64,000 nt of DNA from Dicyema japonicum. Taxonomy: Eukaryota; Animalia; Dicyemida. This document shows positions 25,201-37,129 of this stretch, one piece after another. The translations under genes were made by a program, and so were the position numbers. The notes beneath the pieces are model-generated. The model had not been told where the DNA came from. It made no database searches and saw only the letters and a program-made list of their open reading frames with translations. How positions within the stretch are numbered: the first letter of the stretch is position 1; every line of letters starts with the position of its first letter. Location: positions 1,360,209 to 1,424,208 of the forward strand of contig RDEW01000011.1 in the NCBI GenBank assembly GCA_011109175.1. The letters run 5' to 3'.

Positions 25201-25912
25201 ATGAAACCATGGTTCCTCAAAAACCACATGAAAATATCCCCTGGGAAGTCGAGCACTACGATTATCTTCTCCTACAGGAAACATACATCCTTCGATCCTA
25301 AATTAACTTGGAATGGAGAGCTTATCCCAGTTAATAGGAACCCATCAATCCTTGTAGTTACATATGACCCGTTGATGACGTTCACACATCATGTGGACAC
25401 AATAATTCTAAAAGTTCAAAAAAAGATAGGGATCCTCAAGACCTTTGCTAGATCGCCAATATCTTCACTTTCTCATCTCAAATTATTATACAAACAGTAT
25501 ATTCTACCGACAATGGAACATGCATGTACGGCGTGGATTACACCCTTGTCAATATCCACGCAGAACAAATTAGAGGTCATGCAAAACCAATGCCTCCGGA
25601 TCCTTTGTAAATGTGACAGAATGACGCCTACGTCAGAAATGAGGAACACATTAGATCTCAAAAAAGTTATGGAACATCTCGGTGACGAACAACAAAAATT
25701 CTTGAAAATGGTGCGATCTTCTGGTATCCCCCTTGAAGATGAGTTTCTTGCCTACCAGAAGTATGCTCGCAAATTTGAGATCAAACCTTCCTCTTTTTGG
25801 ACGATCATAAAAAATTGCAGACAAAGTCGAAACAAAGGAGGACGCACACCGGGATCACTTAATTAGACGATAACTTTTTCCTCTATCCTGTGTTCCCAGG
25901 GTTATAATAATA
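22221..25912 (+). mobile_element. Near full-length Ingi/Vingi-like LINE (2A-like, APE, RT), interrupted by a pogo element
   Basis: LLLISSDVKPNPGPPLIIAQINING; GDMNAK, TSPDLT, TDHNPI; YRPISIL, QHGFR, DIEKKFDSV, SYADD; (TAA)n tail near 25903-25912. Confidence 0.9.
23479..24405 (+). mobile_element. Internally deleted pogo/Tigger transposon
   Basis: TIRs CAGTCCGTCTCCGTTTCGGGGCA (after TA) and GCCCAAACCGGGGTTACACTG. Motifs KERIAVLLCCN, LLLLDNA, QPLDMGII; homologous to 4550-5400. Confidence 0.85.
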
Positions 25913-27025
25913 ATTTACAAATTTCGAACAAACCTAGATTCTTTGACGTTTACTTTGACCTAGTTATCTCCTTTGTAGAAATTCTCTTTGGTTTGGTACC
26001 TCACTTTCAGAGACTTATAAGAACCCTATCAGTCGCAGCTGTGTATTGGTCTCTTACTGGTTGCCGAGGCTGTGGTAATTAGCAATTGGGAGAACAATTG
26101 AAAATTAGCAATCTAGCCCTTGCTCCCCTCAATGCACTGACAATCATCATTCTGCAGATCAATTAGTTGTAATTACTTCAACGCTTTAAAAAATTTTGAA
26201 AAATCCAATTACGGTTAAATTACCCACAAAGCCACTAATGGCGACAAATTCACCTATTTTTAGCCACTGACTCGCTCTTCTGTGCGAATAACTGTGCACT
26301 TTGGGGTTTAAGGAAGCCGGAAATATTGAGCGAATTAATTCATCAGAATTTGAATAAAATAGCATTAAATAGCAATTTATCCATGATATCCTCACTGATG
26401 GGAGACTCTCCATCGTAAGCACAGATTATCACAATTCTTTTGATAAACCGAGTCATATTCTAACACGTGTCATAAATTAGCCTATTTTAAAGTTTTAGTG
26501 AAAAAATCGTAGGGAATAAGTTTAGTTAAGACCACAGGCTAAATTTTGGTTACAGGACTTGGAATAAATTAATGGCGCAAAGTAACAGCTTATGAAGGGT
26601 TGACTGTGCACTTGAGAACCAATTTAGTTCTAAAGAATCTATCTCAGATAATTCTTAAAGGAAGATATTCAGATTTAAGGGGATTCTTCCTGAAATAGTC
26701 AAGTCCCCACATTTAGAGACAGAAATTTAATCTGTATCTCATTTTAACACTATTAACAAAAGTCCAAAAATAGCCACTTTCCCAAACAGGCCACAAACTG
26801 GAAGATTTTCCCACTTAAAAACCCAATTCAAGGCCACGTGCTAAACCCTGAACCGAACCTCCATAAAACCACCAAATCCCCCAGCCACATCCTAGTAGAA
26901 TCCCTAGAATAGGCCACAAAGCCTAATCCACTAAATCTGATTAATTATATCCTAAGAGAGCAAGAAAAAGAAACACGTGTTAAATATCAGTCCTCAAATG
27001 TCAGTTTTAAAGAATACAATCATAA

Positions 27026-28010
27026 TTAGTACTGATCCGAAGACTTGGGGCTCGATTCCGATGACTTCCTCGCCAGAGCCTTCGCCAGGTCCCCAATAAC
27101 CGCATTCTGTCGGTCCCTCTCCTTCTTTGGCACAGTCTGTCTCAAAGTGTTCATTATATGGAGGGTCTTTTCGAAGTACACCGAGCTCAGGGACCCTCTC
27201 ATTGAATTCTCTTGATTCTCCACCATGCTTCCCACGTTACTTAGGTGGCTCTGCAAGTTCGGAAGAGACATCGTTTGGTTCATCTTTGTCACCACCACCA
27301 CTACCTCCTTAATCAGACTCCCTCCAAGGTTTATGCCCACCGTGTTGCTCAATTGCATCCATAACATTATGGAGGAGACAAGCTTGTACTGACACTTACT
27401 CCCACTCTTCTACAAAATCAGTAAATACAAGGCGAGGACCGCAAATACCGCAGCATCACTTACATTTGCCTCGAATATATGGATCGAGTCCCACCCGGAA
27501 ACCATTTTGTTGGACCCTCCCCCGATTTTCTTGATCAGGATGGCTCCACCAAAGTTGTTCACGTCCTTCTTCTCCATGTCCCACAGATACACGGAAGAAT
27601 AGGCCCCTCCGTAGTATCTAAGAGTAACTCCCGCCATTACAGGTCCGTGTAGGCTGTGAAGACCTCGTTGAATCTAACCTCCAATTCTCTCAGTTCCGGT
27701 GAAGGAAGGAGCCCTTTATATTCATCCGTGTACTCGTTGTTCCACGGTGACCTATAGGAATCCGCGTCACGGTTGTAGTCACACGTGAGAAATTCCTTTC
27801 CGCCAGAATCCTTTCTTATAGTCAAAGGTCTATCCACCAAAGCCAGTAAAGGCTCACAGATATCAGGTTTCTATGGGGTCACTAGACAGCCAACCAGCTT
27901 TATGATGTCACACATAATCTTGTTAATATTCTGAGGCGGAAGACGCCTGCACAGGTCCAAGGCACACTCAATCTCTTTTTTACTCTACGAATAAAAAGAA
28001 CGCTCACCAT
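27026..28010 (-). CDS. CAPZB: F-actin capping protein beta subunit, 6 exons
   Basis: ATG 28010; introns 27985-28007 (23), 27871-27894 (24), 27618-27640 (23), 27410-27463 (54), 27284-27304 (21). Protein includes CALDLCRRLPPQ, FLTCDYNRDADSYRSPW, SSVYLWD, WDSIHIFE, NLGGSL. Confidence 0.96.
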
Positions 28011-28793
28011 TTGAAGAATTGATTAATTAATCAAAATAGGATTTTATTATTGACTTATTTAAATTTATATTTTATTATATTAAAAATTATAATCATTGTC
28101 TAATTAAATTCAAATATATTATTATTAATTAAAAATTAAAGCATTTCGACTTTTTTGATCGTTTTTCGAGGGATTCCACAACTGGAGAGAACTGGATGAT
28201 TTCTCTTCTTCTGGTTTTGCATTGATTTGGATCAATCTTGAAGGACTTGTGAAAAATGGAAACCGTAGGAACTAGATACAATTAATTATTGGACTTCCTT
28301 CTTAGTGTATTCGGAGGTAATAGACTAACAAGATAAAAACTGGTGATTTGTGATTAAAGCGGAGGCAGAGCGGATTAAGGATAAGCCTTCATAATCTTTA
28401 GGCTAATGTTCTGGAAGAGCCAATAGGGCGTTTTAGCTCTTCCTTATTCCTGGAAGACACTGAGACACTGAACCAAAAATCTGAATGTGCTCCTTATTCT
28501 CGGTTAGTCTGTTGGTAGATGGGTTAAGCTTGTGAGTCTGTCCCACAAAGCTCATGATGGATACGACCCCTCGTCCCTGCTCTCCCAATGTGTTCGGAAT
28601 AATGAGAGACTCTAGGGACTCTAATTTCGGGACTATAAAAATAAAGACCTTTCAAAAAGTTAAGCTGGCGAAGTATCTATTAAAAGAACTCTAGAGGAAG
28701 TTCTGTTAATGGAAGAATGAAGTGTGAATGGGATTTATGGCTTAAGTTGTAACAAGAGGATTAGTACTTATTAATTCTAACACGGTCTTAGTA

Positions 28794-30020
28794 CAGTCGG
28801 ACCTCGATTTGGAACACTGTTGGACGTTATCGGGAGTTTCCTTGATGATGATAACACAAACTTATTCGTCTCCTATTGTCTAATACTGAATTAACTGTAC
28901 GGGTTGGGAACACGACATCGATGTTTTTCGGGGCAACAGTTGGAATACCTCAGGGGACTCTCTATTTGTCGTATACCTGGAGGCGGCACTGAGAGCTCTT
29001 AGAACAAAATGTGAAGGATGCATGCCGATGGAGATTATAATGCAGATGACATAGATTTTGTATCAGAAAATGATCAGAAACTTGGACTTTTTAGAGGAAA
29101 TCCCCAAAGAATTTATGAATTGGTCTTTGCGAGTTAATCAGGAAACGATGAAAGTTGAAAAAAACGAGGAATCACGGGGGAATTAAAATATATTGAAAAA
29201 GTTGAAAAAAAGGAAATTGGCATCCTTACTTGGTGATAGTGAGGACATGATGTATAGGATAGTTCTAACCACTGCCATGTATAAGAAAATGCAGAAGATA
29301 TGTAGTCGACGAAAACTAATAAAAACAAACCTAAGAATAAGGCTATGCAACTCGTATATAAAGCCGGTGTTTATGTACAACTCGGGTCATGGGGATATTT
29401 CATCATAGATTTCTTCCTCGTAATAATTTCTGATACTTTTTCATCGCTTTTATCATTAAGGATTCAAAAATTGGACAATTTCATTAACACGTGACACATT
29501 CATCAATTTCATCGCAAAACATGAATTTTTGTCACCCGTTTTTGTCTTTTTTAATGTTTTTACCACCACCCATTTGATGCCTTAAAAGTCTCAAAACGTA
29601 ATCTATGTGCAATGCTTAAACCAAAGAGTCAATATGGAGATTATCAGTTTTTAAATGAGTGAGCCTGACTTGGACATTTTGCAGTCTCAAGTGCTGAAAT
29701 AATCTGAGAATCTTTGAATCCGACAATTTAGAAGAGTATTCTTTCTTCTAATTGGGTTCAGTCATTGATAGAAGTTCCCACCAATCACAAGTGACCTATT
29801 ATCTTTTTTTATTCGAGCTATAGTTACAATGCTCGTTCATAACTTTTGTGCTAAGAATCCGTGAGAATAGATTTTTTTGATGAGAGAAAAGCTTTTTCAA
29901 AATTTTTTGGTATTTTAGGCTCATTTGAGGTTTTTATCTAAAATTGTCTTTTCACTCCAACCGAGTGTTGAGGGTGTTTCAGAAACCAAAGTAAGGTTTC
30001 CCCGAATCAAGGTCGGACTG
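28794..30020. mobile_element. pogo-family element with TA flanks, containing an RTE fragment
   Basis: TA-CAGTCGGACCTCGATTTGGAAC ... CCCGAATCAAGGTCGGACTG-TA, the same TIR family as 3636, 6586 and 23479. Confidence 0.8.
28890..29405 (+). mobile_element. RTE-like LINE fragment
   Basis: GIPQGDSL..VVYLEAALR, ADDIDF, KLASLLGD, RIRLCNSYIKPVFMYN; homologous to 32.3-33.6 kb. Confidence 0.75.
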
Positions 30021-30724
30021 TAATAAGGCTATTTCTGACCTAAATTTATTTATTTCTGGTTAGTTTCAACTAAGTATTTAATTAGCTCTAATTTTGTGAA
30101 TATAGGTCAAATAATGGGGTTTTGTAAAACTTGAGATATTGCTGAGTATAGTGGGGATCACGTCAGAAGAGGAAGGAAATTGGAATGAGCTTAGTCTCTC
30201 GGAATCCATGACCGAGCAAACCTTAGTAATGATGATTTCTTAAGTGGTTTTATAGGCGGGCTCCTGTAGGTAAGCCAGGTTAAGTTTCTGTGGAGTTATT
30301 TGAGTGATTTTTTCTTGTGATATATTCACGGTCACCTAAGAGCGTACCTAAGTTCCTAATGAGTATTTGCTAGTACTTCAATTGTTATTTCTGATCTTGA
30401 ATTCTCCTTTGGGGACCATTCAGTTAATTCCATTGGAATCACTCCCAGTTGATGAGTGAGACCTTCCAAGGCATCTATATAGCCTCTTTGGAAGCATGCA
30501 CAGGATAGACATAGATTTTTCAGTAAATGTGCTCATAGAACAATAATTCTTGTCTAAAATATCTTAAGGAAGGACCTGCTCTTGATGAGCTTCTGTCATG
30601 TTCACGCCATCGTGAAAGTTTGTTGATCACAAAATTAACGGTGGATTATGTCCTAACGTTTGTTACAATCAAAATGAGAACTGCTAGGACTATAATGCTA
30701 GGAATTGATATAAAGTAACTAGGT

Positions 30725-31465
30725 CAGGAATTTCAAACACGCGGCCTTTTGCAATCAGACATGCGCACAAAGCATTGTTGACGACATTGGACGCTTATTC
30801 TCCCATCATTAAGAGACACAAGAGAAAACCAGTGGATTTATGTCAATGGGGTCAAATTGAGAGGTCGCGGCGAGGTCAAGGACATTCACACGCTTTAACT
30901 TTACGCTCGCCCTTATATACGAACGTTCCAATTCAGTCAACTGCTAAAAGCCATGTTCCATTCTATACAGCAGTCCGTTGGTTGTGCACACAAAGTACTT
31001 GTATTAGCTGAGACCATAAATCGCTTTATTTTTTAGATGAAAGGCAAAACAGAGATGAAATAAAAAATGAAAATTGGATCCAGGATCTAGGTTCGCGGTA
31101 GGCATTACTGCATATTTGAGGATCTGAATTTGAAATTACAAGCCAAAAACAAATCATCACTCACTTGTATGACGACATCATCACAAAACTAAGCTTATGG
31201 AAGTCACGTGAAAATTTTGTTTATTTTCCTAACTGCAAAGAACTCAAACCCATGCCAATTCTGAATTTGTACTTACATATCTCGAAGTGGGGGTACCTGG
31301 CGTCTATTCATACCTTCCTGAAAAGGTTACAAACTTGAGAAAGTTTTCAACGAGGATTATGGCAATGTTCGGTTCCACCTATGTGTGCGAACAGTTGTTT
31401 TCCTCCATGAAATCAGCAAAACCTTCTCAGAGAATAAGACTGAATGATGAACACTTGTCATCTTA
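30725..31465 (+). mobile_element. hAT (SPIN/GTF2IRD2-like) deletion derivative
   Basis: TIR-like CAGGAATTTCAAACACGCGGCC; C-terminal MAMFGSTYVCEQLFSSMK...RIRLNDEHL. Confidence 0.75.
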
Positions 31466-32309
31466 GCCCGCAGACTGCCCATGAAGAAATGATCTTTAAG
31501 CTACGCAAACCAAATGGTTGGCGATCAAACATCATGGCTAAGGTTGAGCTTCTGTTATTGTGTATCAGCATTCTCCACTCCGTTTACAAAGTTTATTAGC
31601 AAGAGAAGAATTTTATTCTTTACCTGAACTCTTTAAGTTACTCCCGATCAACTGAGTTAAATTTTTTTACATCCACCCACATTGACTTCAACTCATTGCC
31701 ATGTTGCTAGCTCAAACACTCGTTAATAGAACCGAACATTGCCATAATCCTCGTTGAAAACTTGTTTTTGCCCCCTGACATGCCTCATAGTACCAAGTTG
31801 ATTAGTAAATAGGAACCCGTTTATATCTACAATTTTTGACTTCATTCGGCACCATTAATTTGTATAACATGGATCTGTTCGATTATGTGAGAAATAGTCC
31901 TAAAGTGCATGGATCATTCATATAATGCTCCCTATTCTAAAGCTCCTGTCTCTACCCATATCGAGCTAAAAATTTCAGAACGAAATCGCCGTCGGGAAAA
32001 CTAAGACGGTGTCTGGATTGTGTGAATCGAAAATTTCTAAACAGAAGAATACGAGTTACTCAGAGGACTATGGATTTCTTATTTAAAGAAGTAGTCAATA
32101 AAAATGGAGGACTGCCCATATAACTATCGCTATGTCTTGGTCTTTAATAAAAATATTGTGTCACCTTAGTTACACATGACATTACGGTTACAATAAAATA
32201 AACTTTACAGGACTTGATCTCTTTTTTTCTTTTTTAATTTATTAAGCCAATTAAAGACAAAAATTAACAGTTAGCAATTACTGGCTTCTCTCATAATCGA
32301 GAACGCTTT

Positions 32310-33650
32310 ATCCTGACGATTTGCAAGGAAATACTCTCAATTACCCAATTTTCTAACACTAAGTGCTCTACAAAAACCGGGCAAAGCTAAAGGCCCCTTA
32401 ATGAATTTAAGACCATCGTACTATTGACGACTCTACGCAAGACACTATCACTTAGAGTGTTGAATAGGATTGGACCTGACATTGAGAACTTTCTCTCTCA
32501 CGGTCAAAGCGGATTCAGGTCAGGGAGATCTACAGCTGATGTGGTTTGGAGACATTGATAGCTATGTGTAACACATCAAAAGTACAAGGGGGCTACTGGC
32601 ATCCTTGGCATGGACATGTCCAAAGCCTTTGACTATATACACAGATGGAGACTTTTTGATATCTTAGAGAATCTGGTTGACGAGGACAGTGTCAGAATGA
32701 TCCGTCTATTACTTGGAACAACACAGTTAAATGTACGTTTTGGAAATTTGGAGTCTGTCCCATTCGAGACAACGTTCGGGGTACCGCAGGGAGATTCCTT
32801 GTCACCAGTATTTTTTGTGACATATCTGGAGGCGGTACTCAGAGACTTCAGACTATTAATTGGCGATCTACCTCAAACTGAAGTGATTATTCAGATGATA
32901 TCGACTATATATCCAGCGACGAGAAAACATTAAACTATATACGGACAAGGATGCCAAATGTCCTAGAAGGTTCATCAAACTCAATACGGAAAAGACGGAG
33001 ACAACAACCATACGCCGTGAACTAACCCGAACTGATGAAAAATTGAGATACTGTAAAAAATTGGGGTCGTTGCTCGGAGACGCTGAGGACATCACTAACA
33101 GAAAAATATTGGCCGTCGCCTTTAGACAAATGGGAGTAGTCTGAAATCATCGTAAACAAATTAGCACACAATTACGTGTAAGACTATACAATGCCTTCGT
33201 GAAACCAGTCCTAATGTACAACGCTGCAACCTGGGGTGTCTCAGAAGCGGTAATGGACAAACTAGATGCCTTCCATCGCAAACAACTCCGACTGTTGCTT
33301 GGCATCAACTGGCCAAAAAAATTACAAACAAAAATCTATACAAAATATGTAATGCAAGACCATTGAGTCTGGATATCCTTGAATCAAGATGGTGTCTATT
33401 TGGTCACATCCTTTGGATGAGCCAGATGACTCCTGCTAGAATAGCAATGGATAACTATTTCTGCCCAGAAGTGAATACCTCGTTCCGTGGAAGACCTCGC
33501 ATAACTTTGCCAGAGATTCTACACAAGGACCTGACCAATGTAAGACGAAAGCTGAAAACAGGAGATGATTGGATACGCTCAGAATAATTGCCAGTAACAG
33601 TGGAGCATGTAGGAAGTTAGTTAAGAGAATTGTGGGAGAAAGAATAACCT
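32310..33650 (+). mobile_element. RTE-like LINE, RT and C-terminal region
   Basis: ALQKPGK.KGP..NLRP, QSGFRSGRST, DMSKAFD, GVPQGDSLSP, RLYNAFVKPVLMYN, LFGHIL, RGRPRITL. Confidence 0.85.
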
Positions 33651-34469
33651 AAAGAAAAATAGCGGAACCTTAATTAAATAAATTACTTTTTGGTTCTTCG
33701 AAAGTTTTATTAATAATAAGTGCAATCACGGTAAAAGAGTCTACGATTAAACTCAAACTGTTCGTTCTGGAGCACCTGGCTTCCTTCATAAGCGTACAAT
33801 TTTTTCCTACATAGCAAAATAGACTCTTCTACCTCTGACTCGACTCTAGTAACTTTGTTAACGTCCCATTTATTTGTCCAGTGGTTTTTTAGCATAGACC
33901 GCACCAAGGGAGGTGATTTCCCTTTGATCCCACATCTCAATGAGGTGATATAGTAAGAATATTAAAGGACAAGAGGCGTATAAATATCAGTATATTGGAA
34001 ACTCTAAAGTTACTTGTATCAAATGAGACAAAAAACAGTTGTGGAGAGAATGAAAAAAAGAACAAGTTGAATCTGAAACAGTAACATCTGAAAGGAAGAT
34101 GGCAACCTTGGTTTTTGAGGAGTCAAGACAAAGGTACCGTTGCTACTTCTCTAAATGTGATCTTAATAAAGGAGAGTCTTAATATGAAGGAGTTGGTCAA
34201 ACTGGAAAGATACTGTGATTAAAAGACCAGCGTGACTCCACATTGATAGCTGTCTCCTTAATAATTCTTTGAACCCTCCCGGTATGGCCCAGTATGGAAA
34301 CAAAGTCGTCAGTTGAAAGCCCTTTATTCAAAACTGAACTTATTCTGTAGACATATGAGCCCGTACTGCAAAAAAGTGTAATCTGTGTAACATTTAGCAA
34401 CTGAGGAAAATGATCAACTACAACTAGACATAATGAGGTTATCCACGTACTTTTGTGCATCAACTATGG

Positions 34470-35421
34470 GGTATCACATTCTAGACTGTTACGGACTCAT
34501 AAAGTGAAGTCTGCTGTTTGTAAAATTTTTGATAAGGGAACAGTAATCGACACATCAGTTCAATGCTTTCAATACAATAGCATTCGCAGTGATGAAATCA
34601 GAGACTAGTGTTTCCAAGATCCCGGAATTTAGCAGGATGGTGAAACTCTCATATGGTTCTCCATACACAATTATCTTCGGACAACACACATCGAATCCAA
34701 GACTGGAGTCTAACAGAAAAACCCTAATAAAAAACGAGACTGGGACCAATTTTTATGCTCAAATACTATTGATGAGAAAAAACCTGTACTTGATCAGCAT
34801 CGTCTGACTTGTCTGGCTTCTGCATCGACGAACGAAAGTGATGCCTGGCTCAGAGCATTACCATGCACCTCACTTGGGATACTATTGGATGACGACGCCA
34901 GGAGAATTAGGGTTTCCGCCTCCCTCAGAATAGATGTTTGCACGATCCATCGCTGTAGATGTGGTAGAATGGTCAACGCGAAAGATCTTGACGCTCTTTC
35001 CTGCGAAAGAGTGCTGGAAGGAGTCCAAGACACGCCTCCTGTCCGATTGGAGCCGCTTGGATTTGCCCCAGCCAACCAATGACCGGACGGAACTACTCTT
35101 TTATCATGGGAAAGAGGTAGATACCTTGTCTGGGACGCCACATGTGTGGATAGCCTCTCTCCCTCCAACAGCAGCTAACCCAGGTTTTGCTTCAGAAAAG
35201 GCTGAGACCATAAAGATGATGAAATACGAATGTCTCGGTGGACAGCTCATTTTTTAACCAGTCACCGTGGAAACTTTAGTAATCAAAGGAACCAAGTCAT
35301 CGACCCTAATAAACAGAATCAGATTGGTCATCGCAAAGAAAAAATAATAGAAGAGAACATTTCTTTACAAATCGTCAGGGGAAATGCGTTCTCAATTCTG
35401 AGCGAAGCCATGGATTGCTAA
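34470..35421 (+). mobile_element. CRE-clade retrotransposon 3' fragment with restriction-like endonuclease
   Basis: [52 protein letters not shown]. Confidence 0.8.
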
Positions 35422-35606
35422 GTGTTAGTTTTAGTTTTTAATATTTAAAAATAAAAAAAATTATTTAAAAAAATGAATGTTATAAACGGGAATCTATTCC
35501 CCGTGACTGGTTCTATAATGTGATTGCTTTTTGTCAATTAAGTCAAAAATTCATATGTTCTTTAAAATTTTTTTTGTAGATAAATTTATTTTGGTCAAAA
35601 AATAAG

Positions 35607-36690
35607 TTAGTTAGTTGCCGCCCTCACTGCATGGCTGTTCCCTCTCAGAATTGCGAGCGAAATTGAGATCTCCAGTGCATGAAGTGATCCGATTTTCAAG
35701 ACGTCGGAAAAACTTGAGTGTAGATGGGGAGTAGGATCCGGAAGTCTCCATAGTAAGGGGAACAAATTTGACATTATCGGGAAGGTTGACGTATTTTTCG
35801 AGTTTGGCCTTCTCCGCCTTGACCGGCTGCAGAGCAGGCCCTCGAAGCGCACTCGTGAAGATTGTTCGGGGCGAACGTGTCTGTACATGTCACGTCCCGA
35901 ACAAGTGGTTTCCCGGCCTCAAAGGAAATATGGTCATCCCGTCCGGTCGTTTTCCGTCACTTCTGCATAATCCGACCGGTTCAAGAATGGCCGAGTATCC
36001 AGCAGCATCCATAGCCCGCTTGACAATCTCATTCAGAGCCTTGTGCCTTGAGATCTGCCAGCGCTCCTTTTGCAGGCGAGAGGGTGCAGGCCATAGCAGT
36101 CTATCAGGATGCCACATCGGCACGGGTGAAGTACACATACTTTTAGTCCCAGTCGCAGAGAGATACCACTTCTAACGCATTCATCAGTCAGAAAGGTGCC
36201 AAGAACTCCATTTGGGATGGCGTTTAGCCAAGCTCAGCTCTCAGGGGAAGCCCCCGAAAGCAAACAAGCGCGTCGGTGCTGATTGACTGATTCCAGTAGG
36301 AGTCAAATGATTTCCAATATAATAAATTGTCCAGGTTTCGCTGGCAGTCTTGTGAAGGAGGCAGGGGGAGGTTGGTGGCATTCTAGGCTTCTCGTGCGTG
36401 GGTTATGTCTTGGTCAATTGAGAATTCGGGTAGGGAGTGTAGAATCCTCCTGACCAAAGGTTCGCAGGCCGTGAGTAAAGACAGATGTGCAGGAAGTGAG
36501 ACGTCCAAAGTACGACGGATTCCAAGATCCCTAAATCTAACTGTGAGTGTAGCTTGCTTCCATGTAGCATCGTCGAATTTGACATTAAATGTTTTCTCCG
36601 TCGAACTGAGGAAAATGCTCAAACTGCTCCAGCTGGGAATAGTACGGGGCTGTCCTGAGTAAATAAGCGATTCTTTGAATGTTAAGACTT
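35607..36690 (-). mobile_element. CRE-clade retrotransposon 3' fragment
   Basis: YLLRTAP, WKQATL..RF.DLGIR, RHKALNEIVKRA...EPVGLCRSDGKRPDGMT, ISLAILRGNSHAV. Confidence 0.85.
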
Positions 36691-36699
36691 CTTTTCTGA

Positions 36700-37120
36700 C
36701 GGGATGACCCTTTTCCCTTCACGTCTGGAAGATCTTTGGTCTGGGACGCAACTTGCATAGACACGTTCTCAAGCATGAACATTTTTAAATCTGTTCAGAC
36801 ACCTGGAGCAGCTGCTTCGACCGCGGAAAACCTAAAAATCAAGAAATATTCTTGCCTCGGGGATCGCTACCGATTTACTCCTGTTGCGACCGAATCATCG
36901 GGAGCCGTTGGTCCAATGACGGCTGAATTCTTGCAAGAACTCGGAGGATTGCTTGCCAGAAAGAAAAGGGATCAACGAGAAGGGTTATGGCTAAGACAAA
37001 AGATTGGAATAGCCATACTCCGAGGAACTCGTTCGCAATCCACGCAGCAGGCTTCCTCAACTGACATTTGTTTAATTGTTAAAAAAATTTTTTATTTAAA
37101 AAAAAAAAAAAAAAAAAAAT
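36700..37120 (+). mobile_element. CRE-clade retrotransposon 3' end with poly(A) tail
   Basis: DGMTLFP..SGRSLVWDATCIDT..KIKKY..FTPVATE..IGIAILRG, then an A-run at about 37097-37119. Confidence 0.85.
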
Positions 37121-37129
37121 TTTATTAAA

